A stretch of 64,000 nucleotides of DNA from Massalongia carnosa (taxonomy: Eukaryota): contig OZ287070.1 in NCBI GenBank assembly GCA_965645245.1, positions 1,054,001-1,118,000 of the forward strand. Reading direction: 5' to 3'. A model generated the notes under the pieces. That model did no database searches and was not told where the DNA came from. It saw only the letters and a list, made by a program, of their open reading frames with translations. Within the stretch, counting starts at the first letter, position 1. Each line of letters begins with the position of its first letter. Position numbers and translations under genes: made by a program. This document shows, piece by piece, positions 14,338 through 25,909 of the stretch.

Positions 14338-15510
14338 CTAGTTGATGGAATAGACGTCCCTCTGAGCTAATAGTAGGAAGCGAACTGGACTTTGTGACAG
14401 CGATGAGGTCAGCTGAGTAGGTGGTATGACCCCATTGTCGGAGAAAAATGTATTGAGTACACCAATATTGTCCACGGCCGTAGCTGGAGGATGAGGCGCG
14501 GACTTGCAGGACATCCACCGGGGTGAGTGATGAAGCGCGTGACAGTCGCCGTCACGATGACGGTAAGTGCCGGAGAAGGGTTTGAGACGACGGCGGGAGC
14601 GTTGAGTTGGGTCAGTCACAATGACAGTAAGGGGTGGCGCAGGTTTCGGAATGAGGGCACCAGCAACGCCAGTTTTGGAAATGATGGTAGCCACAGTTTT
14701 AGTAATAGGCGGTGCAGTTTCCATATAGACGCCTGGAGGAAGTCCACTATTGGACACTATTGATCGGGGCAACGGTAAGTTTGAGAGCGGACCACCAAAC
14801 GAACTGAGTAGAAAGGGGTCTATCCATATTTTTTGTTAGAAATAAGTAGCTGGGTGCCTGACGATTTGGGTATGATGCGTCGAGATTCACGTAGAGAGGC
14901 TGATGATGGCTTTGGCGCTTGGGGAGGGAGTTTGACACCCGAGACACCAAAGAGTAGGGGTGATGTTAGGGTCATCACTGAACCTTCTGTAGATATCAAA
15001 GTTGCTGGAGTATATCTGCTTGACACTTGACGATGTGTTTCAATGATTCCCTGGGGTAAGTTGGTTGTTGTGATGGGAGTTGAAGCGGGGGATGAGTCGC
15101 CTTGTGAGATGGGAAATAAACTGCGTGAGGTTTGATTTCTATGGCTGCTAGACGTCTTGGTATCTTTTCGGATGGTGGGAGTAGTGTGACAATTAGATTT
15201 ATGGGTGCTACTAGCTCGAGAATGCTTCTTTATGGCTGTAGAGAGGCTCTCCGGAGTTCCTTCTGCAGTTGCTAGCGACGAAGCTTCCTTAAGGACAATC
15301 AACTTCTGTATGATTCCGGAAAAATCGCTGCGCTCCTCGGGTGGGTGCTCTATTGATTCACTGTTACTCTGAGGTTGAACATGAGGCGGACTACTAAACA
15401 AATTAGAATGCCGTCCAAGGATACAACTTCAATAACTGATGAACTTACGAGTTGACGGTGATCCGTAAAGTGGACAGAATCGTAACAAAATAAGACCACC
15501 GCATTTTCAT
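14338..15510 (-). CDS. Hypothetical secreted Ser/Thr/Pro-rich protein, spliced, possibly degenerating
   Basis: ATG at 15510 gives signal-like MKMRWSYFVTILSTLRITVNS. A GTAAGT..CTAAT..TAG intron (~15448-15395) joins ORF 14820-15401, and a GTGAAT..CTAAC..TAG intron (~14890-14820) joins in frame to ORF 14338-14772. The 3' part looks frameshifted and the end is uncertain. Confidence 0.5.
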
Positions 15511-16837
15511 GACAAAATGTTATACTTTAAAAAACGTGTGATAAACCGGAAATTCGGTGGGATGCTAGTTAAAGATATAGATAACAATACAATAATATAA
15601 TCACGAAGAAGACATGTATTCGGGGAGAAAGTCTAGCTCTGATATTATACTTGATACAAGGTTAACTTAACAAGAACACAAAATCTCAACCCTCGCAAAC
15701 AAGTCTTAAGGTTGAGAGTATTGCATCTATCTATCATAAGCCCGCCTATCCAACCCACACAGGTATTTCTCACGGAGGAAGCAGCGACACCTAAGGTATC
15801 TCTAAATTGTGTGCTATTCCAAGTGTAACACAGTGACCTGGAGTTCGTGAGAAAGGGCGTATTTTGACAGCATTCCTCGATTTACCAGTTAGTCTAAAAT
15901 CATGTTGTTCAACTCTCGAACAGAAGCTCGTTCACTATGTGACGCGTTTGATAGACACATATACCTCAATTAAGTCTTTCACGACGAGATTTCCTATGGC
16001 AGTAAGTTTTAGGTAATATGGGTGAAACGTTGTGCTGCGTCATTACGGATAGAGTCGAAACCCACAGAAAGATTCGGCCACGCCATCCAAAGCCAGTGTT
16101 CTAAACGTTTCATATCTGCCTGATTTTGGGGCATGGTCGAACCCAGTTGTCGTATGGCCTTCGTATTTTCGGTTCAGTCCAGTAAACCTTGCCGCAGAAG
16201 ACTGCATTTCCCCCATTCACCTTGAAATTCGAGCTTTTGGGTGTTGATGAGGAACCTAAAAGAAGAACTCGTAAAAGCCTCAATGACTTGCCAAGTTTGA
16301 GTAACCTAGACAATATGCCGGACAAAATCGCGGGTATAACTACTGTAAGGCTAACGAGCCAAGGTTAGAAAGAGATCTTCAAACTTATAATTTAAGATCG
16401 ACAGTTTGCATGACGCACGTGGAGTCCCGAGATTCAGAGTTTGAGAAGATTTATAAGATATGCTGGCTGTGTAGGCATTGCGCTAGGTGTTTATCACCCC
16501 GAAACGCTTCTATGGCCCCAGCAGACTCATCATGGTGTGACAATTATGATAAGCTTGATGAACTGAGGTAGAGCACTCACCACAAAGATATGATACGCTA
16601 TCCGATCTTTCGTCTTCCGGAAAGGGCAACCATCGGTCACTGAGATTCACAAGATTCGCCATTCAAACCATAAATCTGCCTTACACAGGAATACCAAAAT
16701 GCCTTCAATTTTCTCAAAGGAAAAATATACTCGTCGCCGTGGTGTAGCCTTCGTGCAAGATTCTCCTTCCAGCACACTATCTCATAACTTTCACCGAGTC
16801 ATAGCACTTTTAATTATAATACCGCAGATGGTCTTGG

Positions 16838-17895
16838 TTATTCGGGCTTTATAATTTGATCAGCTTGCGTTGTGGATAGAAGTTTTAGAGATATACTTCA
16901 AACCTTCCCTTTTTCTCCCTCATTCTTCTAACCTTCTCCTTGTCTTCCTCAAATTTCCTTACCAGTTCGCCAGCACGTGCTTTCTTCTTCTCACGAGTTT
17001 GAAACCGGTAGAAGTCTTCTAAACCCTTTCGTTTTTCCTTTTGCTTATAAGCTTGCTCCTGCGCTACTTCTTGCTTTGCCGGGCCATTCCTTCCGCCTCG
17101 TGTGACCATGACGAATCCATCCTTATCTGGTTCTTGCCTTTGCTTGGCCTGGAGGCGTGCTTGTGCGGTTTCCTGAGCTGCGAATCCCGTCATATATGCA
17201 TCAACAGATTCTAGGAGCTGTGCTTTATCGGGGTAGCGAAGTTTATGATGGTTAAGGTATCCTTTGTAGATCAGTAACGCCACTCCAAATGCAGCAGACG
17301 TGCAACGCATACTAGGTAACCCCAAAGCAGGAAGAGCAGCTTCTACAGCTTCTCCCCATGTAGGCTCTGTGCCATCTTTCCGAGCTTTCTTCACGGCCTT
17401 AATCACAGCTTCCATGCTCGCTCGATCAACTAACTTCACCTCGGCGGTACGCCCTGGACCATGGAGTTTTCGATCCCACGTCAATGGCAGATTTGTGTCT
17501 TCCATCTGATCAGCGCTCTTTTCTTTAGCGGACCGCTTCCTCTTCTTGGTTCTTTTTAACTCATTTGGTAAATTTAACACCACAAGGTTATGATCTTCAG
17601 TCTTCCTTCTTTCACCTTCAAAATATACGTCTTCAATCCTTCCACGAGGCAAGCCTAACTGTGTAGAAAATAGATGCTTGATGTGCATATCTGTAGCATC
17701 GAAAGGCACATTGACGAGAAATAATGTGCGGGGCGCAGTTGGCGTTGATATTTTCGGATGATGGTTAGCAATATACAGGTAGTGCGTGGCACATGTAGGA
17801 TAAGAGGGTAAAGGAGGGAGAGACAGCGAAAGAACATGGTATCCGGATACTTGTAGAGGGATTGGACTTGGAGAAGGCATCTTTTTCAGTCGCAT
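16838..17895 (-). CDS. RRP7: Ribosomal RNA-processing protein 7 (SSU processome)
   Basis: N-terminal RRM-like TLFLVNVPFD and C-terminal Rrp7 motifs PDKDGFVMVTRGGR and LEDFYRFQTREKKK...LVRKFEEDKEKV..M. One in-frame intron near 17263-17311 and a last intron giving a 9-nt final exon CCC GAA TAA (stop 16838-16840). Start is 17895 or 17880. Confidence 0.92.
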
Positions 17896-18075
17896 GCGTT
17901 AGCTTTTGCTGGTGATTCCACTCTCGAACCCTACGACCGACCGATGCCAAATTTCTGCCTTCCAAAACTGGGGTCTAGACAAAGCAAATCGCGCTAGCAC
18001 AATGCCCCACTTGCTTACCCGGACATCGAAATTTAGATATATTGACCGGTTACCTCGCCCTCCTCTTATCTCTTT

Positions 18076-18263
18076 AGCTCTCTTTGCCTTTTGGCTTAGA
18101 TCAAGTGTAGTATCTGTTCTTTTCAGTTTAATCTCTGAAATTTTCCTACGGGAAAAATCAATGATTAAATCTATTTTTGCATATCGCGGGGCGACCCTCT
18201 GGGCTTGCTCATGATCCCTCGCACTGTGTCACTGGTCTTACACTACCGCCGGTTGACGCGAAC
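18076..18263 (+). ncRNA. U2: U2 spliceosomal snRNA
   Basis: CTTTGCCTTTTGGCTTAGATCAAGTGTAGTATCTGTTCTTTTCAGTTTAATCTCTGAAA matches the conserved U2 5' end. Branch-site pairing GTAGTA at 18107-18112, stem IIa, stem IIb TTTTCC-TACG-GGAAAA, Sm site ATTTTTG at 18173-18179, and 3' stem-loops. The 3' end is approximate. Confidence 0.96.
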
Positions 18264-18488
18264 TTCATCTTTTTCATCAATCTGCCTCAGCTGGACTGAG
18301 ATTTTGAAGAAGAGGACTGAAAACGAAGATTACGAGGCTTAATTAATATCTTTATAGTCAAACCTAGGTAGAAAGCAACATCGTCAAACCCCAGTCTAAT
18401 CAAGTAATTATATCATGGAACGGTGGGTAATCCCTTATCTATGGCAGCTGCTTATCAATTAAGCAACAACATCGCGACGTTATATCCA

Positions 18489-19472
18489 CTGTAACCAACT
18501 TCGTACCCGCACCCAGGTATTACCCGGGTAATAAATACCTGGGTAAATATCTGGGTACGGGTACGAGTTTTTATACCCGGGTATTTCTATAAAAAAATAC
18601 ATAGAAGTTTTCATGAAATCTTCTAAATGTTTCGAAATCTTGGAAAATTTCATGATTAAAATTTTTATTTTTCGAAAGATTATATTTATAATTAAAAATT
18701 TATCGTTATACGTAATCCAACCACCACAGAACGCATCAAGGAACGCTGGGACTCCAAATGGAAGACGTACTAGAACCGCATTCCTCGCCCGACAGAGGCA
18801 CAGTTGGGATCTCTCAGTAGGACGAGACTGAAGATTCACAACAACTTGATGGAAGCGGAAAGCGCGCTAACCACGCAAATCCGCACCGAAAACATAGGCT
18901 TGGCAAACTTCCTGTTCAATCGTCGGGTACCGGGCGTTATGACCCCGGCCTGCTCGTGCGGATGGCAGAAGCAGACAGCCAAACACATTATTCTACATTG
19001 CAGGCTAATCGACGGCAGATACGAAGTGCTAAAACAAATAGGCACCAACGACTATCGAACGATCATGAGCTCGTCGAAAATGTTGAAAAAACTAACCACA
19101 TGGATAATAAAAGCAAATTTGCTGACCCAATTTTCACTAGCATCGCAACTGTTATACGAGTGATAACTCTCATTTTATAAAGGATTTCACAGAACATCGA
19201 GCGAAGAATGCAGTCCAGAAACGGAACACGTTTGGGATAATGGCGCAGTCTGCATGGTTTTTATCCCTTTAAAAGATTTTCCCTGTAAGATAGCCCGCAT
19301 AGGCCGGCCTTCGGCCGGTGTCAGATCGGTACAAGAATCAATCATCATCATCATACGTAATCCAACTTCATTTTGTAATTAATTACTAAAAATTTGATAT
19401 TTTTTGCTATTTTAGCTGTATTATTAAGAATAAATTACCCGAGTACTACCCGGGTACGGCGGGTTTATTAGT
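18489..19472. mobile_element. Degenerate AT-rich non-autonomous DNA-transposon-like relic, split by the LINE insertion
   Basis: Very AT-rich sequence with clustered TACCCGGGTA/GGGTAC palindromes at both ends. CGTACCCG on the left is inverted to CGGGTACG on the right. No clean TIR or TSD. Confidence 0.4.
18722..19352 (+). mobile_element. 5'-truncated non-LTR retrotransposon (Tad1/I-type LINE) 3' end
   Basis: Perfect 14-bp TSD ATACGTAATCCAAC at 18708-18721 and 19353-19366, and an (ATC)n tail. ORF2 C-terminus ESALTTQIRTENIGL..FL..RRVPG...CSCG...QTAKHIILHC (CCHC knuckle), with one in-frame TAG near the 5' end. Confidence 0.92.
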
Positions 19473-19708
19473 CATATAGCTTGGTTTTTGGATCCAATCG
19501 TGTAGCATAATACTTTTTAATTTACATAAAATAATGTAATTGCAAATAGACTCGGAAACTATGCTACATTTTCTATCGTATCTGACTATCCAAGGATACT
19601 ACCTACTTGGTTAATTGAAGTGTCAATGCAGTCCTTTCGACGTCGTTGTCCAAGCCTCTTTTGATAGCTTTCACCCTGATGATCGTTGCTCTAGCCACAA
19701 CAGCAACG

Positions 19709-20858
19709 TCAAACAAGTGATGTGTTAGCACGGTGGAATAATGGCGGTACGTGCATTTCGGGGTTGACATTGTTAAGCAAGCTTACATCCGAAACGTAAC
19801 TTGGCGGGCGATTCAATGTTGGTGCGGCCAAAATCAGAGCTCTTGCTTCCTCCTGAACTCCAGGTTCGTCAGTTCGCTGCCAGTGAATGAGATTTGGATC
19901 CGCTCGCTTAGAGTCTCTTGTCAGCAAAGCAATCAGGCTCTGGACGCTTGGTGTACATACCACGCTACATCGCCAAAGACCATAGGCTGGTGGGGGTGGA
20001 GGTATTGAAGGGTTGTTCGAGTCCACCTCATCGTTGTGGTCGTGCAACCCCAGCTCTTCATCCCTTGCCAGTATAACTCTTATAGGCCTGTATGGTTGAG
20101 CAAACCCGTTTTCGTCAGCCGCATCTGGAACTCTGTCCATTCGCTCGAGCCTTCGTGCACGCATGACCAGCATGCAAAGCCGTATCAAGTAGTGGCAGCA
20201 TATAATCGTAGTGATGAGAATAAATATAATAAACACAATATTCCATGCTTGGCCTGTGATCGAGCTAGAGATAGCGAGCGCAAGGTCTATGCAATGTATC
20301 AGCTTGGCTATTCAGTTGTGCTGAGAAAATCCAGAACTTACAGATGGTAAGAATCACCGCAAGTATTCCTCCCGATACCAGACACCCAAGTACCTTCCTC
20401 CTAATCTTTGGACTACGTATGGTAGGTAGACATTTACGTCCACCCTTCACTTGAACTGTCTCGAACGACGCTTGCCGACATTGAGACCGGAAAATCGCCC
20501 GAGCTAGATGCCTTTCAGCGCGGTTTGCTCCGCTAGGCGTCCTTTGTGGGCGGACATGTGCCAACGCAGGCCGGTGAAAATCCCTTCGGAAACGTTCAAA
20601 TGTGTCAGGTGATATTGATCGCACAGTACTCGAAGGAGGAGAACAGGGATCAATGAGCGACCGGGTTGATGTGGGAGACCTGAGACCTGAGGTGGGCTGT
20701 CTGTCTTGCGCATGAGAGGAGTGCTGCGACCTTATGCTAAGCTTTTGAGTATGTGCCGAGGATCTTGTTCGCGTGCTTGTGACGACAGATTCCCCATGGA
20801 AAAAGGACGAGTATCGGCGACGCGCCCAGAAACGCGGGGTTGAATGAGATCGAGGCAT
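19709..20858 (-). CDS. Conserved fungal hypothetical membrane protein (2 TM, PPxY motifs)
   Basis: Three exons joined by GTAAGT..CTGAT..TAG and GTATGT..CTGAC..AAG introns. Two hydrophobic segments are followed by PPPPAYGLWRCSV|RADPN and RPPSYVSD. Start codon uncertain. Confidence 0.75.
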
Positions 20859-23800
20859 TCCTTGCGCTCCGGAGTGTAATTGAAGCAGAAATTTGCGAGA
20901 GGGGAATTATTGAGGCTTGGTTATCGGGTTGGGCTGGCTTTAATGTACTTTCGCCCAACGATTCTGCTGCGTAACACTCGGATCGGAAGCACGCTGAAGA
21001 AGTCTCAATAGATATAGTAGCCTAATCGCTAAACTAGTGGAACCAGCGTTGACCAGCAACAACAAAAACGCGTCCTATCGCTCCTGGACTGGCTCTGGCC
21101 GACGACTTGGCCGAGTGACGTTCGAGGGGTAAGTACTGGCCAACGGTGTCGCGAGCTCTTAACAATGAACCATGGCTTGAAACACTTCTCAATAGAAGGA
21201 TAGCGTAGAATATAAAGGAACGATTAGAAGAAGTCAAGGACTGATGACCCGCACCAGCAGTGAAAAGTAATGACGAGCAGGAAAAGAATGAGAGGACATG
21301 AATGCGCAAGGGCTCTCAAGGAACAGGAGCAGAGGATACCTAAAGACCTTGAGAGACCGTGGAGGAATGGACGCAGAGATTCCTCCTTCGATTGCCATTT
21401 TTAAAAGGACCCTAACAAGAAATACTATGATCCAATCCATCCACGTTCCCTAACGCCTGGCTGATACAATGACAGTGAGAGTTGCGCGGGCTAGGAACTC
21501 CTTGGAGTCAGGGAGGGATTCGGTTATGGTCCAAGAATGGTTAAGCTTCTTAAGCCACGTTTGGGATGTCCATATCGAGATTAGTGGCAGTGGAATGGTT
21601 TATCTTGTAGCCACTCGATCACTATCGCGGAGTAAAGTCTTGAGACTTGCTGAGCATCCCTTGAATTCTAGTAACTACCCCTCCCCTCTGGCACTTAAGG
21701 AGAGGGATCGGTATTTGAATGAGGTCACAATTCTTCCACTGTTGATCACGTACTTAATAGGATTTATTGCGTGTACCAGGAAAGGATAACGACTTTGCCA
21801 CCCGCTTTCTGCTCCTGGAAGATAAGTTTGTGATCTTGTCTTGTCTGCTGCGGACTAGGATCTAACTCGCAATCAGAAAAGGCTCCGCTTGTGTGATTTA
21901 TGAACTCTTACATCCCCAAACTATCGGAGAGCCGGTTGACTAAAAAGAGGAAGGGTCTTCAGTAGTAGCAATCGCCTTGATGTATCTATTACTCATGATG
22001 TGCAGCGTCGGTTGACACTGCCGATCTCGCCCTCCAAGCGCCGAAATTTTTAATCTGAGAGCCTATTTGACACCTGTCGAGAAGCAGGCGAAAAATCTTA
22101 CAAGTCTAGGGACAGTCTCTCAGCGGTGGAGGAAACAAATGAAAGTCAAAGACCCCAAAAATCATGGGCTTGAATTCCCGAACGAACGGATTGTGATTAT
22201 GAGAAGTCAGTCCATATGCCTTACGATTTGATACCTAATGCCTGGCCAGCGAGGTCGTCTATTGCAATAGCTAACCAAGGATGCGAAAATGAGATGCGCG
22301 AATTTCCTGCCGGACACCCCGTATACCGAATGTTGCATTGTATTAACATTCCAATACTTCTCACAACGGTCCATGTTCAGTTGCTTTCTTTTGATTCTTT
22401 AATCTTCAGCAAGCATTATACATTGTTCTTTCCTCTTCCTTCGAGCATAGCGCAGTTAGCTGTTGGTATGCTGAAGAGTTTCTCATTTGCTTCTTAGTTT
22501 CGCCTACTCGGTTTGTGCAAGAGGATCTTGTACCCCATAACTGCGCCTCCCTTCCTCTAGCAGGATTTATGGCTGCATGAACTTTTCGCAATCTCTCACA
22601 ATACATGAGGTTCCAGACTCTGGTTTTCGACTACCGTCTATAACTCTTCAAAAAATCCCCTAATTGAAGATCTCCAATTCTAGCCAGGCTTGATTATGGC
22701 AGGCGGTGCGCTTTAGTTTAAAAAAAAAGCTCCATCTGATCTCGTTGTCAACTAAGCTGTATGCTCGCCTTAATCAAGTGATTCACTGCTTTATTTACTT
22801 ATAGATCCTACTCTTAAGTTGCTCAGGAATCAAACTCGATCTGCAATATTTGCAAGACTTGAGCTAAATTCGATGTTCCGTTTAAGTTAGCACCATCTCA
22901 GGCTGCTTTCTCTTTGAGACCTAAATCTCGTCTCCTAAATTTTCTCTTCTATTGTCAGTAGTCTAAATCTAAGCACCCTAAACGTGCATACCCCTAAGCA
23001 CAAGCGAATAGCTACATAACCTTCAGTCATGAATATCATGCAAGGTTGCTTTACTCCAAATCAGTATTTACGTAATCGACTATGCGTTCGATTACCCTAA
23101 AGTTTATAAGTTAGTAATAGATGCGGAGTAGAAGAGCTAGAAGGCTCGAGGATAACCTTTCGCCCTGTTTACACTTGCTCAAACCGCCCGGCGAACTTTG
23201 TAGGTTTGTCACGTTGAAAATCGTTGAACTTTTGAAACTGGCTATAAAAGTATATGAGCTATCTCATCCTTTTCCTTGCTGGAATTTACACACATTTTAC
23301 TAAACGCAGTTGTTAGCACAAGGCGAAGAGATTAGTACGGGAAAAATACAGGAATACCTATATAAGCCGCATTTCGCTCCAATACTGCATCATTCTTTCT
23401 TGCATGTCGCTTCAAGGGACAGGTCAAAAATTTTGCTGCACCGATCAACATGGCTGCTGCAGTGATGACGAGCTGGTGAGTCTTTCTTAGCTTTCTCCCT
23501 CTTGATGTTAGGTCCGGACACGGAATGCGTGGGATAACCCGCCTGCAAAATATTTTTGATTGAGACGAGCTATAATGCCCAACAGGAATTTGCCTGTGCA
23601 ATCAAAGCATATAGATCTTGCCAAGTAGCTAAATACCTTGGCGTCAATCATTACAAACCAAAGCGCCGCTGACGCCTGTAACAACGGGGTCTTGCTCCGA
23701 CTTACACTTTGTCAAGGATTTCTGCTTTGCTAAGATGTTGCACACCCCTGTCAATAGATTTTGGGGATTTTGAGCCACGGGTTCGCGCGTTCAGGCAAAT

Positions 23801-25909
23801 GGGCTTCCCGGATTCGAAGATCTAGGATAGGCCCTTCGCCCTGCTCTAGATCGAGCTCTCTGTATCCGTTCTTCACGTTTGACAACTCGTCGATACATCA
23901 CTTTTAACGACCAATCAGACTAAATTAGCCGTTTCTACGACCGATTCCTGAACACTCAAATCAAGGTTGCTCTCAAAGCGCTTTTAAAAGGCCGTTGGAG
24001 GTTAAGCTCCTGTCAACTGTTTATGCACCTGCTTTCACAGCGCCTGCTTTGTACCACCACCTGAGCTCTCTCAGCGTGCCTATCGAGCCACAGCTTTTTA
24101 CCCGCTAGGTTGCTAGAAAAGCATCCTTTTGCGTTTATTTTATCTCTCACCAAGCTGGTACAACCAACTCTTTTAGTTTTAGATGCTTTACTCTGGACTT
24201 TTTGGGGGGGGAATACAAACCAGAGGTAATAGAAAAACAAAGGGAACATACAGGTACCTATCGTACCTAATTTCCCATGGCGACAAACCAGCGATCTGCT
24301 CTACCCCCTTAGGACCCACCCCTAACAAAACTCGGAGCCAACAACTTACCGTTTCCCTTGACCTATCTAATCCCGCCTCTCTCCTTATGATGTTGATGTA
24401 TTTATACTCCGATATGTCACCGGGCGTAGGCCGGCCCATGTGGGAAAAGCTATCTAAGTTATATTACATGGAAAACCTTTTTCAGGTGTAAAAACCATAT
24501 CCCTTGATACCTGTCAGATGTGACACTGGGTCGACGCCGGACGGGAGACGCAGAGCGAGAAGCGTGTGATGACTGTGACGCCTTGTGAGATGAGAAGGAA
24601 AAGAGAAGTGAAACTACTGTTGATTGTATAACATTGTGCATGCCAGTGCGAATTGGGTCAGTAAACCTGTTTTCATTAGCCAAGCAGTTAATATCTTTAG
24701 AGTTTTTGATATTTCAGTTAGCTGTTGATAACTGTTCGTGCCAGCGGCGCGAAATATCTATTCTCTGTTGTCAATAAGTGCCTCTCTCCTTATATTCGTG
24801 TAGAAAAATTCTCCTTTTACCTTCCACGCCCCCACCCTCTACTCTTTCTCTTAATTCTCCCTTTCTCTTTCCATTCATTCTCCCATAGGTTCGTCCGCAT
24901 CTATTCATCTCTCTTCCTTTCTCTCTCCAACTAACGCCTACCCCAAAAACGCTCCCTCTCAACAGGATCTTCCACTTACCGGGCTTTGCTCTGCAGACAC
25001 TTTAACAACAAGTGAAGCTACTTACTGTTCTTAATGTTTTTTTTTGAGGGGGGGGGACGGTTTGATAGAACGTCTGTCTTCTGCTCAGGGGTTTCCAAAG
25101 AATAGAAATTCCTCGAAATTGAACTGCAAATCTATTTTTCTTGTCTCGTAATTTCTTTTATAAATAGCTTAGAGCCCTTCTCTCCCCGCATCAATCTTTA
25201 TTTTTCATTTTTCCTTGTTCTTTCCCCCCTTCTCTCTCTCTCCTCTTCCATTTTTATTCCTAACTATTCCTAACCCGCCCTCCCTTAGCCTCCTCCCCCT
25301 CCTCTCTCGAATCTAATGCATACTCGCAACATACATAGCGCAGAACGTCAAAGACGAAGAGGGAGAGGGGGTTGGTAGATAGCTGAGGAAACGAGGGAAG
25401 GTGGCTGGTGTGGTGGTGAGGAAGAGTGACACGGGTTGAAAAACAATGACGAAGAAAAGAGGAGGCCCAGACATCAGTAAGATAGGTATGTAGTCGGGCG
25501 AAATCTTTCTAAAGTACTTAGTCATGACTCCCTATCTATTCATTCTACCTATTAAATGCGATTAATCCCCAACAACCCAACATTCATCAACCCCCCTCCT
25601 TCCGCCCAGAATGTGGACTGGGTTTCTTGCAGGATGAAGAAGGGGATTCGATCTGCAAGGATTGGGAGGAAGTCTGTATGTATGGACATGTGTATGAATG
25701 ATGACGAGAAAGAGAGGAAGAGAACTGATTTGCTGAGGGCTGGGGGCTCCAGGGGGGAGGAAGATTTGGGTTTTCATTTGCCCATAAACTGCGACAAGGG
25801 AAATAGATGGTCGAGGGAATCTGTGACAAATGAACTTACCTCCCCTGGTTTCGTGGCTCAAAGCGCCGGGTACGACCTGCGTCTTCTTCCGGTATTCCCC
25901 TCCCCTCCT

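Noticed and set aside
17906..18214. 102-aa plus-strand ORF
   Set aside because: It overlaps the U2 snRNA and its promoter, so it is spurious.
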